Shown here: positions 19,361 to 28,603 of the stretch, one piece after another
How positions within the stretch are numbered: position 1 is the stretch's first letter
How the letters are laid out: every line of letters starts with the position of its first letter
Source: Nitrososphaeria archaeon
GTDB lineage: Archaea; Thermoproteota; Nitrososphaeria; Nitrososphaerales; JAAOZN01
DNA: 64,000 nucleotides
Reading direction: 5' to 3'
Assembly (NCBI GenBank): GCA_029775855.1
Contig: JARVJZ010000002.1
Coordinates: 1-64,000, forward strand
Position numbers and translations under genes: made by a program
The notes under the pieces: model-generated
What the model was told of the DNA's origin: nothing
Seen by the model: the letters and a program-made list of their open reading frames with translations, nothing else
Database searches by the model: none

Positions 19361-19528
19361 TTATTCTCCCCAGTCTTCTCCCTCTACTTTAGCTGGTCTT
19401 ATGTCAATTTCTCCTCTGTCATTTCTGTAGACTTCATATGAGGCGCCGCAGTCTTGGCAGGTGACTATTTCACCTTCCAACACATCGTTAGGCAGCTTTA
19501 TTGTCGCGTCGCATTCGACACATTTCAA
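19361..19528 (-). CDS. lysW: amino-group carrier protein LysW, copy 1 (not in ORF track)
   Basis: translated by hand: MKCVECDATIKLPNDVLEGEIVTCQDCGASYEVYRNDRGEIDIRPAKVEGEDWGE; two CxxC and C-terminal EDWGE; GAGGTGG RBS before a TTG start. Confidence 0.93.
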   Translation of the reverse strand: MKCVECDATIKLPNDVLEGEIVTCQDCGASYEVYRNDRGEIDIRPAKVEGEDWGE

Positions 19529-19547
19529 ATCTTTCACCACCTCTGGA

Positions 19548-20774
19548 TTAGGGCTTCACCTTATTAACGGCTTCGTCCAACTCAAGTATTAGCCGCTCCA
19601 TCTCATCAGTCAATTCGACTTCAAACAAGTCTCCGCACATAAGATTTTTAAGCCCTCTTGCGGCGTTAAGAGCATCTTTTTCATCTGGCTCTAAACCCAG
19701 AAGCTTTAGTAGGAAAGCAGCTTCACTTTTACCAGAGAGTTCGCCGATTATTATGCGTCTTCTATTCCCAACAACTTTAGGTGGGATAAGCTCATATGCT
19801 GAACGTGCCCTTAACACAGCTGCAACATGAGTGCCGGCTTTATGCTTGTATGCATTTACACCAACTAGAGGGGTCATTGGATGCGTCTTTACACCAGTGT
19901 ATGACTCTACAAGCTGAGAGAGCTCAGTTAACATGTTTAGCCGCACATCAAGATTAGCGCCATAGAATATCTTTAGGGCAACAGCGGCTTCAGCAAGAGG
20001 CGTAATCCCTACACGCTCACCTAACCCATTTACTGTGACGTGTATCTGGTCAGCACCAGCTTCCACACCGGCTAAAGAATTTGCTAACGCTAATCCTAGG
20101 TCGTTGTGGCAGTGCAAATCTATTGGATTATGAACAACCTCTCTGATCATTCTAACCAGCTTGAACATGCCTTGTGGACGAAGAGCGCCGACTGTGTCTG
20201 GTAGACCTATTCTTGTAGCCCCAGCTTCAGCTACAGCCTTTGCAAAACGCTTCAGGAATTCTGGTTCAGCTCTACTGGCATCCTCTAATGTGAACCTCAT
20301 CTTTAACCCGTGGCTCTTAGCGTACTCTACAGCCTCAACAGACCTTCTTACAGCCTCTTCTCTTGAAACCTTCAGCTTATACTTTAGGTGTATATCTGAT
20401 GCGGAGTGATACATGGCTACCCATTTTGCATCACACTTTAATGCTTCATCTATATCAGATTTGAGCGCACGAATATGAGCAACAATATCTGCCTCCAAAC
20501 CCGCTTTGATAATCTCTTTTGTTGAGCGTTGATGGTCAGCTGAAACTATAGGGCTAATCTCTATAGCATCTACACCAAAGTAGTCAAGCATCCAAGCTAT
20601 CTGAAGCCTCTGCCTATGTGAGAAGGTTATCCCAGGAGCTTGCTCACCTTCTCTTAGGGTCGAGTCTAATAGGTGTATCTCTCTGGAGTCTCTAGGCGTT
20701 GTGTTGTATAGATGGGCGTATCCTAGATTCGCAAATTCACTTACTTCGTTCACCTTTTTCGTATTTGTTGCCAT
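19548..20774 (-). CDS. homocitrate synthase-like (LeuA family)
   Basis: LLDSTLREGEQAPG, EDASRA, LPDTVG, HCHNDLGLALAN, NGLGERVG, HKAGTH; position upstream of lysW-lysX. Confidence 0.8.
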   Translation of the reverse strand: MATNTKKVNEVSEFANLGYAHLYNTTPRDSREIHLLDSTLREGEQAPGITFSHRQRLQIAWMLDYFGVDAIEISPIVSADHQRSTKEIIKAGLEADIVAHIRALKSDIDEALKCDAKWVAMYHSASDIHLKYKLKVSREEAVRRSVEAVEYAKSHGLKMRFTLEDASRAEPEFLKRFAKAVAEAGATRIGLPDTVGALRPQGMFKLVRMIREVVHNPIDLHCHNDLGLALANSLAGVEAGADQIHVTVNGLGERVGITPLAEAAVALKIFYGANLDVRLNMLTELSQLVESYTGVKTHPMTPLVGVNAYKHKAGTHVAAVLRARSAYELIPPKVVGNRRRIIIGELSGKSEAAFLLKLLGLEPDEKDALNAARGLKNLMCGDLFEVELTDEMERLILELDEAVNKVKP

Positions 20775-20800
20775 CTGGAGCCGACCGCAGTTAGTGGCTC

Positions 20801-20830
20801 ATCCATTTATATATTGTTTTTCGTATGGAT
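20801..20830 (-). promoter_or_regulatory. BRE/TATA of the hcs-lysW-lysX-lysK unit, bracketed by an ATCCAT/ATGGAT inverted repeat
   Basis: minus strand reads ATCCAT-ACGAAAAACAATATATAA-ATGGAT, 26 nt upstream of the ATG. Confidence 0.45.
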
Positions 20831-21241
20831 TCAACGAATAGTGCGCAGAATTATTACAGTATTCGAGGTTATTACCCCCTCTATCTTACGGATATCGTCG
20901 ATGCATTTGTTTATTTCTGCGATATTAGAAGCTGATATGAATACAGCTATATCGAACTGGCCTGTAATTTCGTGAACGACCTCAACATTCTTTAACTCCT
21001 TTAGCTTCTCGGAGACCTTTTGTGTAGGTGTTGATGAAGATACGGTCAGCAAAGTTATAGCGTTTGCCCCCCCAGTTTCAACTTCGATTGTGAACTTCTT
21101 TATCACACCAGATTGTATAAGGTTCTGTACTCTGCGCCTCACCGCAGCTTCGGATAACCCGACCGCTTCCCCTATCTTAATGTAGGGTGTTCTAGAATCC
21201 TTCTTTAAGATCTCTATGATCTTAAGGTCTATATCATCCAA
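20831..21241 (-). CDS. lysM: Lrp/AsnC-family regulator LysM
   Basis: MDDIDLKIIEILKKDSRTPY..IGEAVGLSEAAVRRRV, HEITGQFDI; lysine cluster context. Confidence 0.85.
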   Translation of the reverse strand: MDDIDLKIIEILKKDSRTPYIKIGEAVGLSEAAVRRRVQNLIQSGVIKKFTIEVETGGANAITLLTVSSSTPTQKVSEKLKELKNVEVVHEITGQFDIAVFISASNIAEINKCIDDIRKIEGVITSNTVIILRTIR

Positions 21242-21306
21242 CCTAATACACGCTACCCTAACTCTCTAATAACCTTACATATATTCTTAAGGAGGCTGTT
21301 AACAGA

Positions 21307-22470
21307 TCAAATATGTTCTTTTACCTCAATTATCTCAGCCTTTTCTACACTAGAGTCCACAGCATCTTTGAGGCTCAAATCAGCCTCGATAGCTTCTACG
21401 TCCTCAAGTTTAGCTTTTGTAACCGGGTGCTTTGCTATAAAGAGTGAGCAGCAATCTTTATAGGGTCTTACCGAGATCTCGAATGTTCCAATCTGCTTCG
21501 CTATATTGACTATCTCATTTTTATCGTAGGTTAGAAGCGGTCTAAGTATGGGTAGAGAAGACGCATGCTCTATCACAGCAAGATTTTCAAGCGTTTGCGA
21601 AGAAACCTGCGCTAAATTTTCACCACTACCTAACGCTACTATACCGTATTTGGAAGCGAGCTTCTCAGCAACTCTAACCATAAACCTTCTGAATAGGATC
21701 AGCCTATAACGTATGGGTGCCTGTAGGGCGGCTACTTCAAAGGGATAAAATGGTACGAAGAAGATTCGGGAGCCAAAAGAATATTTGTTCAGCACCTTCA
21801 CTAGATCCAGAACTTTAGCGTTCCATCTTTCATTGAACATTTGGAAGGCGTGGAAGTGGAGGAAGTCTACTTTACACCCCCTCTTCATAAGAAGCCAAGC
21901 TGCTACAGGAGAGTCGATGCCTCCAGATAGTAGGTGCAAAACATTGCCAGAGACGCCTACTGGTAAACCGCATAATCCCCTTATTTTTTTGGTAAAAATG
22001 TATGCTTTACCGTCTGCTATTTCAATGTAGATCTCTTTTTCTGGTTCCTTTAGAGAGACCTTTACGCCATAGGTGTTTATGAGGTGTGTGCCTAACTCTC
22101 GATTGAGATCGATGGATGTGAAAGGTATGTTCTTATCAGCCCTATTGGTGGAGACCTTTATCTTCTCATTTTTAGTGAAGGTGATATTTCTATCCACGCA
22201 TCTTTGTATGCTCTCTTTATCTGCTTCTGTCATGTAGCAGAAGGCGAACCATGATATGCCGAGGACCTTTTTTAGCGCGTCTTCGATTTTGGAAACATCT
22301 GATCTTTCATTCAGCTCTAACAAAATTCTGCCTTGAAGCTTCTTTATAGTAGCGTAGTCTTGGTTTGCAAGCGCCTTTTCGATGTTTTCGACTAGCTTCT
22401 TCTCGTAGAGGGGGCGATTCAGTCCTTTTAAAGCTATCTCGCCATAATGAATTAAAGCGTAATCAAACAC
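21307..22470 (-). CDS. thiI: tRNA 4-thiouridine synthase (THUMP + PP-loop, no rhodanese domain)
   Basis: IHYGEIALKGLNR, GLPVGVSG, LLSGGIDSPVA, GENLAQVSSQT, DCC. Confidence 0.9.
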   Translation of the reverse strand: MFDYALIHYGEIALKGLNRPLYEKKLVENIEKALANQDYATIKKLQGRILLELNERSDVSKIEDALKKVLGISWFAFCYMTEADKESIQRCVDRNITFTKNEKIKVSTNRADKNIPFTSIDLNRELGTHLINTYGVKVSLKEPEKEIYIEIADGKAYIFTKKIRGLCGLPVGVSGNVLHLLSGGIDSPVAAWLLMKRGCKVDFLHFHAFQMFNERWNAKVLDLVKVLNKYSFGSRIFFVPFYPFEVAALQAPIRYRLILFRRFMVRVAEKLASKYGIVALGSGENLAQVSSQTLENLAVIEHASSLPILRPLLTYDKNEIVNIAKQIGTFEISVRPYKDCCSLFIAKHPVTKAKLEDVEAIEADLSLKDAVDSSVEKAEIIEVKEHI

Positions 22471-22509
22471 ATGTAGGAGAGGAAGAGGTATTTTTAAAAG
22501 TTTTAATTC

Positions 22510-23709
22510 TTAGCTCTGCAGCCTACTCCTATCTTCTTCAGCCAGCAGTTCATCTAAGACCATAAGACCGTGCTCTATTTCTTCTTCTGATATCACTAGC
22601 GGAGGGAGGAACCTTAAGATATTCTTTCCAGAATAGAGTAGGATTACACCCTTTTTAAGCGCTGAGAGTAAGATGTTCTTAACATCGAATCTCAGCTCCA
22701 AGGCGAGCATCAATCCTCTTCCCCTAACTTCTCTGACTACTTTGTGCCTCTCCCTAAGTTCTTCAAGCCCTTCCATCATCTTCTTTCCTAAGGTTTCAGC
22801 CCTCTTCGCTAAATCAAAGTCTCTTAGATAGCGGATAGTTGCTAAACCCGCTGCACAAGATAAGGGGTTGCCGCCGAAAGTGGAAGTGTGATCTCCGGGC
22901 TTGAACGCTGACATAACATTCTCTGTGGCGATAACCGCGCTTAAGGGGAAACCTCCACCAAGCCCTTTTGCTACACACATCACATCTGGTTTGGCTGATG
23001 TGTGTTGGTGCGCCCACATCTTCCCTGTTCTGGCTAAGCCGCTTTGGATCTCGTCGAAGATTAGTATGCAGCCTTTTTCGTTAGCGATTTTGCGTAAAGA
23101 TTCTAAGTAGCCTTCTGGTGCTGGGTGTATCCCGCTTTCGCCTTGAATAGGCTCGACGATGATTGCAGCTGTTTTATCTGATACAGTCTCATGAGCCTTC
23201 TGCCCATCACCATAAGGCACAAACTTAACATCAGTTAAAAGAGGTTCAAAAGGAGACCTATACTTAGGGTTCCATGTTATTGAGAGAGCACCTAGGGTTT
23301 TGCCGTGGAAAGCTCCTGATGTAGCTATGATCTCTCTTCTACCAGTTGCTTTTCGTGCTAGCTTTATCGCGCATTCAACCGCTTCAGCGCCGCTATTGCC
23401 AAGGTAGATCTTTGTCAGACCTTCTGGGCTTATGGATGCAAGTGCTTCTAGGAAGTCTGCCCTAACATCGTTGTAGAGAGAACCGTGGCAAGTTATCAGC
23501 TTAGAGGCTTGACTCTTGACCGCTTCTACTACATAGGGGTTGCAGTGCCCTACTATCGCTACACCGTAGCCTCCCATGAAGTCTATATACTCTTTTCCAT
23601 TGGCGTCCCAGATTTTAGCGCCTTCACCCTTGATTGCAGCGACAGGATATTTTTGGAAGACGGGTGCAAGGTATCTCTCTTCTTTTGCGATGATTGATGC
23701 TTCATCCAT
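22510..23709 (-). CDS. lysJ: [LysW]-semialdehyde transaminase (class III PLP)
   Basis: NSGAEAVE, FHGKTLG, EPIQGESG, FDEIQSG, AKGLGGG, STFGGNPL. Confidence 0.9.
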   Translation of the reverse strand: MDEASIIAKEERYLAPVFQKYPVAAIKGEGAKIWDANGKEYIDFMGGYGVAIVGHCNPYVVEAVKSQASKLITCHGSLYNDVRADFLEALASISPEGLTKIYLGNSGAEAVECAIKLARKATGRREIIATSGAFHGKTLGALSITWNPKYRSPFEPLLTDVKFVPYGDGQKAHETVSDKTAAIIVEPIQGESGIHPAPEGYLESLRKIANEKGCILIFDEIQSGLARTGKMWAHQHTSAKPDVMCVAKGLGGGFPLSAVIATENVMSAFKPGDHTSTFGGNPLSCAAGLATIRYLRDFDLAKRAETLGKKMMEGLEELRERHKVVREVRGRGLMLALELRFDVKNILLSALKKGVILLYSGKNILRFLPPLVISEEEIEHGLMVLDELLAEEDRSRLQS

Positions 23710-24511
23710 TGTAAATCACTGTGCATCCTTCACCTTTTAACGCTGTTGAAATAGGGTTATCGATTACTCCTGAGGCTATGATGCTTTCTTTGACGCCCAT
23801 CTGTATAGCCTCTAGAGATGCAAAAACTTTCTTCTCCATTCCAAAGCCTATCTTAGGTAGTAGGTTCTTTGCCTCTGCTGCGGTGATTCTTTCAACAAGT
23901 TTGCCTTCTAATATAAGCCCTTTCACATCGGTCAAAAAGATTACTTTGTCAGCCTTCACGCCTCCAGCAATATATGCAGCCGCTCTATCGCCGTCAACAT
24001 TAAGAAACTCGTATTCATCACCAAGCGCTACCGGCGAAATTACTGGTAGGTAGTTTCTTTCAAGGAGGAGGTTTAGTAGGGTTGCTTCGACGCTCTTTAT
24101 CTTGCCGGTGTAGCCTCCGTCTATGATCCTCTTTCTGCCGTTTTCATCTACGATGATTAGTTTCTTCTTACGCTCAGCCCTTATTAATGCAGCGTCGACA
24201 CCAGATAGTCCTACTGCTGGGATGCCTATGCGTTGTAGCGCAGAAACTATCTCTTTATTCATCTTGCCCGACATAACCATGTTGTAGATTAATACGGTTT
24301 CCAAGTCTGTGTATCTGCTTCTAATACCCTCTGGTGAAACGATGAACTTCTGCTCTTTACCTAGTTTCTCAGCTATCTCAGTAACCTCCTTACCACCACC
24401 GTGCACCAAGATCAGCCTATTTGTAGATGCGGTAGCCTTTAGATCTTGTAGGATGTTAGGGTTCACACCTTCACCTAATATGCTACCCCCAACCTTGACT
24501 ACTATCAGCAT
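23702..24511 (-). CDS. lysZ: [LysW]-aminoadipate/[LysW]-glutamate kinase
   Basis: VKVGGS, VHGGG, SPEGIRSRYT, GGYTGKI, LNVDGDRAA. Confidence 0.9.
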   Translation of the reverse strand: MLIVVKVGGSILGEGVNPNILQDLKATASTNRLILVHGGGKEVTEIAEKLGKEQKFIVSPEGIRSRYTDLETVLIYNMVMSGKMNKEIVSALQRIGIPAVGLSGVDAALIRAERKKKLIIVDENGRKRIIDGGYTGKIKSVEATLLNLLLERNYLPVISPVALGDEYEFLNVDGDRAAAYIAGGVKADKVIFLTDVKGLILEGKLVERITAAEAKNLLPKIGFGMEKKVFASLEAIQMGVKESIIASGVIDNPISTALKGEGCTVIYNG

Positions 24512-24517
24512 CTTATC

Positions 24518-25570
24518 TCACACTGGGTGCAACCCGCCTACTTTAAGACCAGCGCGTTCATCAAAGCCAGCCATAACATTCATACACTGTACAGCTGAGC
24601 CGGCTGCGCCTTTCATGAGATTATCTGTTGCTGAGAGCAGCACAAGTCTGTTAGCGTGCTCATCTAACTCAAATCCTATGTCACAGAAGTTAGAGCCTAC
24701 TACAACCTTCGGATCTGGGTATCTGTAGAGACCTTTTCGATCTCTAACAAACCTTATGAAAGGTTCTTCCTTGTAGAAGCCGCGAAGTGTCTTCCAGACC
24801 TCTGGCACGGTTATCTGCCTCTTAGGGTAAGTGTGAATAGTGCATAGTATACCTCTAACTATATTTACTGCGTGCGGCGACATAGATACTACCACCTTTT
24901 CGTTTGCGAGTAGGCTCAACTCCTGCTCTATTTCAGCGGTGTGCCTATGCCCAACTGGCTTATACGGTCTGATGACACCATACCGTTCAGCGTGATGTGT
25001 CCCTAAAGTAGGTTTTGTGCCCCCACCAGATGAGCCTATCTTCGAATCTACTACTATGTGCTTCCTATCGATAAGATCAGCCTTGACGAAGGGTGCTAAA
25101 GCGAGTATAGAAGTAACAGCCATACATCCTGGGCAGGCTACAAACCTTGTATTCCTTATTTCATCCCGATAGAGCTCAGGCACACCATAGACAAAGCGCT
25201 TTAAGAGTTCTGGATAGGGATGCTTATACCCATACCATTTCTCATAGTCTTCGGGGTTGCGAAGTCTAAAGTCTGCGCTTAAGTCTATGACCTTTAAGCC
25301 GCTTTCTATTAACCTAGGCATGACCTTGACTGATTCTCCGTGTGGCACTGCTGTGAAGACTAAGTCGCAGTTTGACGCTATCTGTTCTGCTGAGGGATCT
25401 GTGAACTGTAAGTCAGTTAAGCCTCTTAAGTTAGGATGAACCCTAAACACATATTCCCCGCTATACTTCCTTGATGTAGCATACACTACATCAACCTTTT
25501 CATGTTGAAGGAGAATCCTTAGCAACTCTCCGCCAACATACCCTGAGCCGCCTACTACACCTACCTTCAA
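24518..25570 (-). CDS. lysY: [LysW]-aminoadipate/glutamate phosphate reductase (ArgC family)
   Basis: GGSGYVGGE, DLSADFRL, ACPGC, GHRHTAEI, DNLMKGAAG. Confidence 0.92.
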   Translation of the reverse strand: MKVGVVGGSGYVGGELLRILLQHEKVDVVYATSRKYSGEYVFRVHPNLRGLTDLQFTDPSAEQIASNCDLVFTAVPHGESVKVMPRLIESGLKVIDLSADFRLRNPEDYEKWYGYKHPYPELLKRFVYGVPELYRDEIRNTRFVACPGCMAVTSILALAPFVKADLIDRKHIVVDSKIGSSGGGTKPTLGTHHAERYGVIRPYKPVGHRHTAEIEQELSLLANEKVVVSMSPHAVNIVRGILCTIHTYPKRQITVPEVWKTLRGFYKEEPFIRFVRDRKGLYRYPDPKVVVGSNFCDIGFELDEHANRLVLLSATDNLMKGAAGSAVQCMNVMAGFDERAGLKVGGLHPV

Positions 25571-25574
25571 TTTC

Positions 25575-26435
25575 TCACCTTCTAATAAGCTCTAAAGCGT
25601 AATCTATTATCGCGTCAGCTATACTAACACTACTAGCGCTTTGCGCACCCCTAAATTCAACAGTGGAGTTGACCTCGTGCACCAATAACCCGTTTGGACT
25701 CTCCATCATATCCACCCCAAGCACACCACCACCCACAGCCTCAGCTGCCTTTAAAGCAATCTCCTCCAATTCTTTAGATATGGGGCAAGGCTCAGTTGTG
25801 CCCCCTCTTGCAACATTTGTCCTCCATTCTCCAGCAGCGGCTACACGGTAAACCGCAGCTACAAGCCGCTCTCCTATAACTATGCATCTGATATCTCTAG
25901 GTGGGCGTTTAACCTTCTCCTGCACATAAAATATCTGATTTAACGGACCATTCAATTGGCTTCTGAGCTCGATGACCGCCTCTGCCTCCTCCTTATCGCG
26001 TAGTGCAACAACCATTCTCCCCCAGCTACCTACTAGAGGCTTTAACACAACTGGATACCCTATTTCTTCAGCAGCTTTTAGAGCAGACTCTGGTGTGAAT
26101 GTGATGGCGGTCTTAGGTGTAGGCACACCAGCTTGAATCAACATTAGTGTTGTCCAGAGTTTGTTGCCACAGACTTCTGAAACCGAAGCTTTATTCAAAA
26201 CTCTTAGACCCTTACTCTCTAAGCAAGCTGAGGCGTATGTGCCCCTTGTGTGGCTTATGCACCTCTGCAAGACAACTTCACCATAGACTTCACTGGTTCT
26301 GGACTCATTAAGGTTGAATATAACATTCTTAACATCGACTTCTTTAACATCAATGCCCTTTGACCTCGCGCTCTTTAGTAGCTCCTTTTCATCCCAGCGT
26401 ATACGGTCGTAGAGTAGGGTTAGGGTTGTTGCCAT
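25575..26435 (-). CDS. argX: glutamate--LysW ligase
   Basis: RWDEKEL, KPLVGSWGR, WRTNVARGG, EVNSTVEFRGA (ArgX-type Gly signature); downstream of argG-lysW. Confidence 0.82.
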   Translation of the reverse strand: MATTLTLLYDRIRWDEKELLKSARSKGIDVKEVDVKNVIFNLNESRTSEVYGEVVLQRCISHTRGTYASACLESKGLRVLNKASVSEVCGNKLWTTLMLIQAGVPTPKTAITFTPESALKAAEEIGYPVVLKPLVGSWGRMVVALRDKEEAEAVIELRSQLNGPLNQIFYVQEKVKRPPRDIRCIVIGERLVAAVYRVAAAGEWRTNVARGGTTEPCPISKELEEIALKAAEAVGGGVLGVDMMESPNGLLVHEVNSTVEFRGAQSASSVSIADAIIDYALELIRR

Positions 26436-26441
26436 TCCCGT

Positions 26442-26612
26442 TTATTCTCCCCAGTCTTCACTCATGCTTTCTGCCGGTTTTAGAGATACCCCATCTTCAC
26501 CTTTAACAACTTCGTAGTTTAGGCCGCAGTCTGGACAAGTCACGATCTCTCCAGAAACCGCATCATCAGGCACGTTTATCTGGGCATCACATTCGCTACA
26601 TTTTGCTTCCAT
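26442..26612 (-). CDS. lysW: amino-group carrier protein LysW/ArgW, copy 2 (not in ORF track)
   Basis: translated by hand: MEAKCSECDAQINVPDDAVSGEIVTCPDCGLNYEVVKGEDGVSLKPAESMSEDWGE; GGAGGTGA RBS upstream. Confidence 0.95.
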   Translation of the reverse strand: MEAKCSECDAQINVPDDAVSGEIVTCPDCGLNYEVVKGEDGVSLKPAESMSEDWGE

Positions 26613-26614
26613 TT

Positions 26615-27832
26615 TTATTCACCTCCTTTCTTTTCTTCAAACAACTTATAGGCTGCTGTGGAGGGCAGACCCCATAGGTTTATGAATCCTTCTGCAGCTT
26701 TTTGCTGGAAGGTTGAGGTCTTGTCGTAGGTTGCTAGTTTGACATCGTATAATGATCTTCTGGCGCTTCTACCTACAACCCTTAGACCGCCTTTGTAGAG
26801 TTTTAATCTTACGCTACCGTCCAAAACTTTTTGTGTTGAATCTATGAATGCGTCGAGGTTCTTTCGGAGTGGGTCAACCCAGAGCCCAGTGTAGACTAGC
26901 CAAGCCCATTCTCTGTCGACTAATTCTTTGAATGTAAGTTGATGCCTAGTAAGCACCATCTTCTCAAGATCTTTATGCGCTTCTATGATACATATGGCTG
27001 CTGGGCATTCGTAGACTTCTCTTGACTTTATCCCAACCAACCTATCTTCTATATGATCTATTACACCAACACCGTGCAAACCAGCCTTTTCGTTAAGAGC
27101 AGTTATCATCTGAACAGAATCCGTTTCAGAGCCATCGATAGAGACAGGCACACCTTTCTCAAACCTTATTTCTATGTAGCTGGGCTCATCCGGTGTCTTA
27201 GATAGCGGTTTAACCCATTCGAACGCATCTTCAGGCGGCTCAAAATCCGGCTGCTCAAGTGGGCCGCTTTCTATTGACCGACCCCAGAGGTTTTGATCGA
27301 TGCTGAAGATTGACTTCTTTGCTTCAATAGGCACACCGTGCTCTTTTGCATATTGTATCTCTTCCTCTCTAGATAAGTTCCATTCACGCACTGGCGCTAT
27401 GATCTTTAAGTTTGGGTCAAGAGCCTTTATTGTGATATCAAATCTGACTTGGTCGTTACCCTTTCCTGTGCAGCCGTGTGCTATAGCGTCTGCATTCTCT
27501 TTATGCGCAATCTCAACAAGTTTGCTTGCTATTAGTGGCCTAGCTAAGGCGGTTGAGAGAGGGTATTTGCCTTCGTATAGCCCGTTTGCTTTTATAGATG
27601 GGTAAATGTAGTCTTTTACAAACTCTTTTTTAGCATCTATGTTATAGTGTTTATCAACGCCAATCTTCTTGGCTTTCTCCGCTATAGCTGCCATATCCTC
27701 TTGCTGTCCTACATCTACAGTTACAGAAACTACCCTAGCGTTGTACTTCTCTTCAAGCCACTTTATGGCTACAGAGGTGTCCAATCCTCCCGAATACGCT
27801 AGTATTACTTTGGTCAAGGCGTGCATACTCAA
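26615..27832 (-). CDS. argG: argininosuccinate synthase
   Basis: LAYSGGLDTS, YPLSTALARP, AHGCTGKGNDQVRF, DRLVGIKSREVYE. Confidence 0.96.
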   Translation of the reverse strand: MSMHALTKVILAYSGGLDTSVAIKWLEEKYNARVVSVTVDVGQQEDMAAIAEKAKKIGVDKHYNIDAKKEFVKDYIYPSIKANGLYEGKYPLSTALARPLIASKLVEIAHKENADAIAHGCTGKGNDQVRFDITIKALDPNLKIIAPVREWNLSREEEIQYAKEHGVPIEAKKSIFSIDQNLWGRSIESGPLEQPDFEPPEDAFEWVKPLSKTPDEPSYIEIRFEKGVPVSIDGSETDSVQMITALNEKAGLHGVGVIDHIEDRLVGIKSREVYECPAAICIIEAHKDLEKMVLTRHQLTFKELVDREWAWLVYTGLWVDPLRKNLDAFIDSTQKVLDGSVRLKLYKGGLRVVGRSARRSLYDVKLATYDKTSTFQQKAAEGFINLWGLPSTAAYKLFEEKKGGE

Positions 27833-27883
27833 TTAATGGTAACATTTATATCTTTTTTGGCACTTATCGTATCAGATTAGGAC

Positions 27884-28603
27884 ATGGTTGACTCGATTTT
27901 GGTCAAGCCAACTATCATGCAAGTATTGAGGGATGTTATTGATGGCGACCTCTCTATTCAAGATGCGCTCTATAGAGGATATGGCAACTTAACTGCTATA
28001 GCTAGAGTTTTGAAGCCGCTTGTTGAAGAGAGGCTTGGTCGGGCTGTTAAAGTTGAGAGCTTAGTCACATCGCTTAAGAGGCTCAGGGGAAGGTATAAAG
28101 TCTTATCAAAAGATATTCTCACAGTAGTCATGAATAGCACAGTAAGTGTTCGCACAGATGTCGCTAAGGTTTCGGTAGAAAAGAGAAAGAAGACCCTTGA
28201 AGCAGTCGGAGAAATACTTCTAAGCTACAGGGAGGAGTTTCTCCAGATTTCTGAGAGTATAGATGCGATTACCTTACTCTTTGACCAAAGACTTTACAGC
28301 GAAGTGGTTAAGCTTTTCAGAAACGATGAAATACTTGAAAGCAGCACGAACTTAGCAGCGATAATAGTTAGAAGCCCTATTGAAATAATAAAGACGCCTG
28401 GTTGTGCTGCTTCATTTATTACACAACTCTCAAGAAGGCACATAAATATAGAGGATACAATAAGCTGCTATACTGACACCATAATAGTGGTAAGCATGGT
28501 TGATGCTGGGAGGGCTTTTACAGCGCTAACAGAGTACATAGCTTATGCAAGAAGGTTAAAGGAGAGTACTGCTAAACAGAGGAAGGTTGAACAGCGTGAG
28601 TAA
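27884..28603 (+). CDS. ACT-domain protein with helical, possibly DNA-binding N-terminus
   Basis: N-terminal GNLTAIARVLKP...VESLVTSLKR; C-terminal SPIEIIKTPG...LSRRHINIEDTISCYTDTIIVV ACT-like; overlaps argH start. Confidence 0.65.
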   Translation: MVDSILVKPTIMQVLRDVIDGDLSIQDALYRGYGNLTAIARVLKPLVEERLGRAVKVESLVTSLKRLRGRYKVLSKDILTVVMNSTVSVRTDVAKVSVEKRKKTLEAVGEILLSYREEFLQISESIDAITLLFDQRLYSEVVKLFRNDEILESSTNLAAIIVRSPIEIIKTPGCAASFITQLSRRHINIEDTISCYTDTIIVVSMVDAGRAFTALTEYIAYARRLKESTAKQRKVEQRE

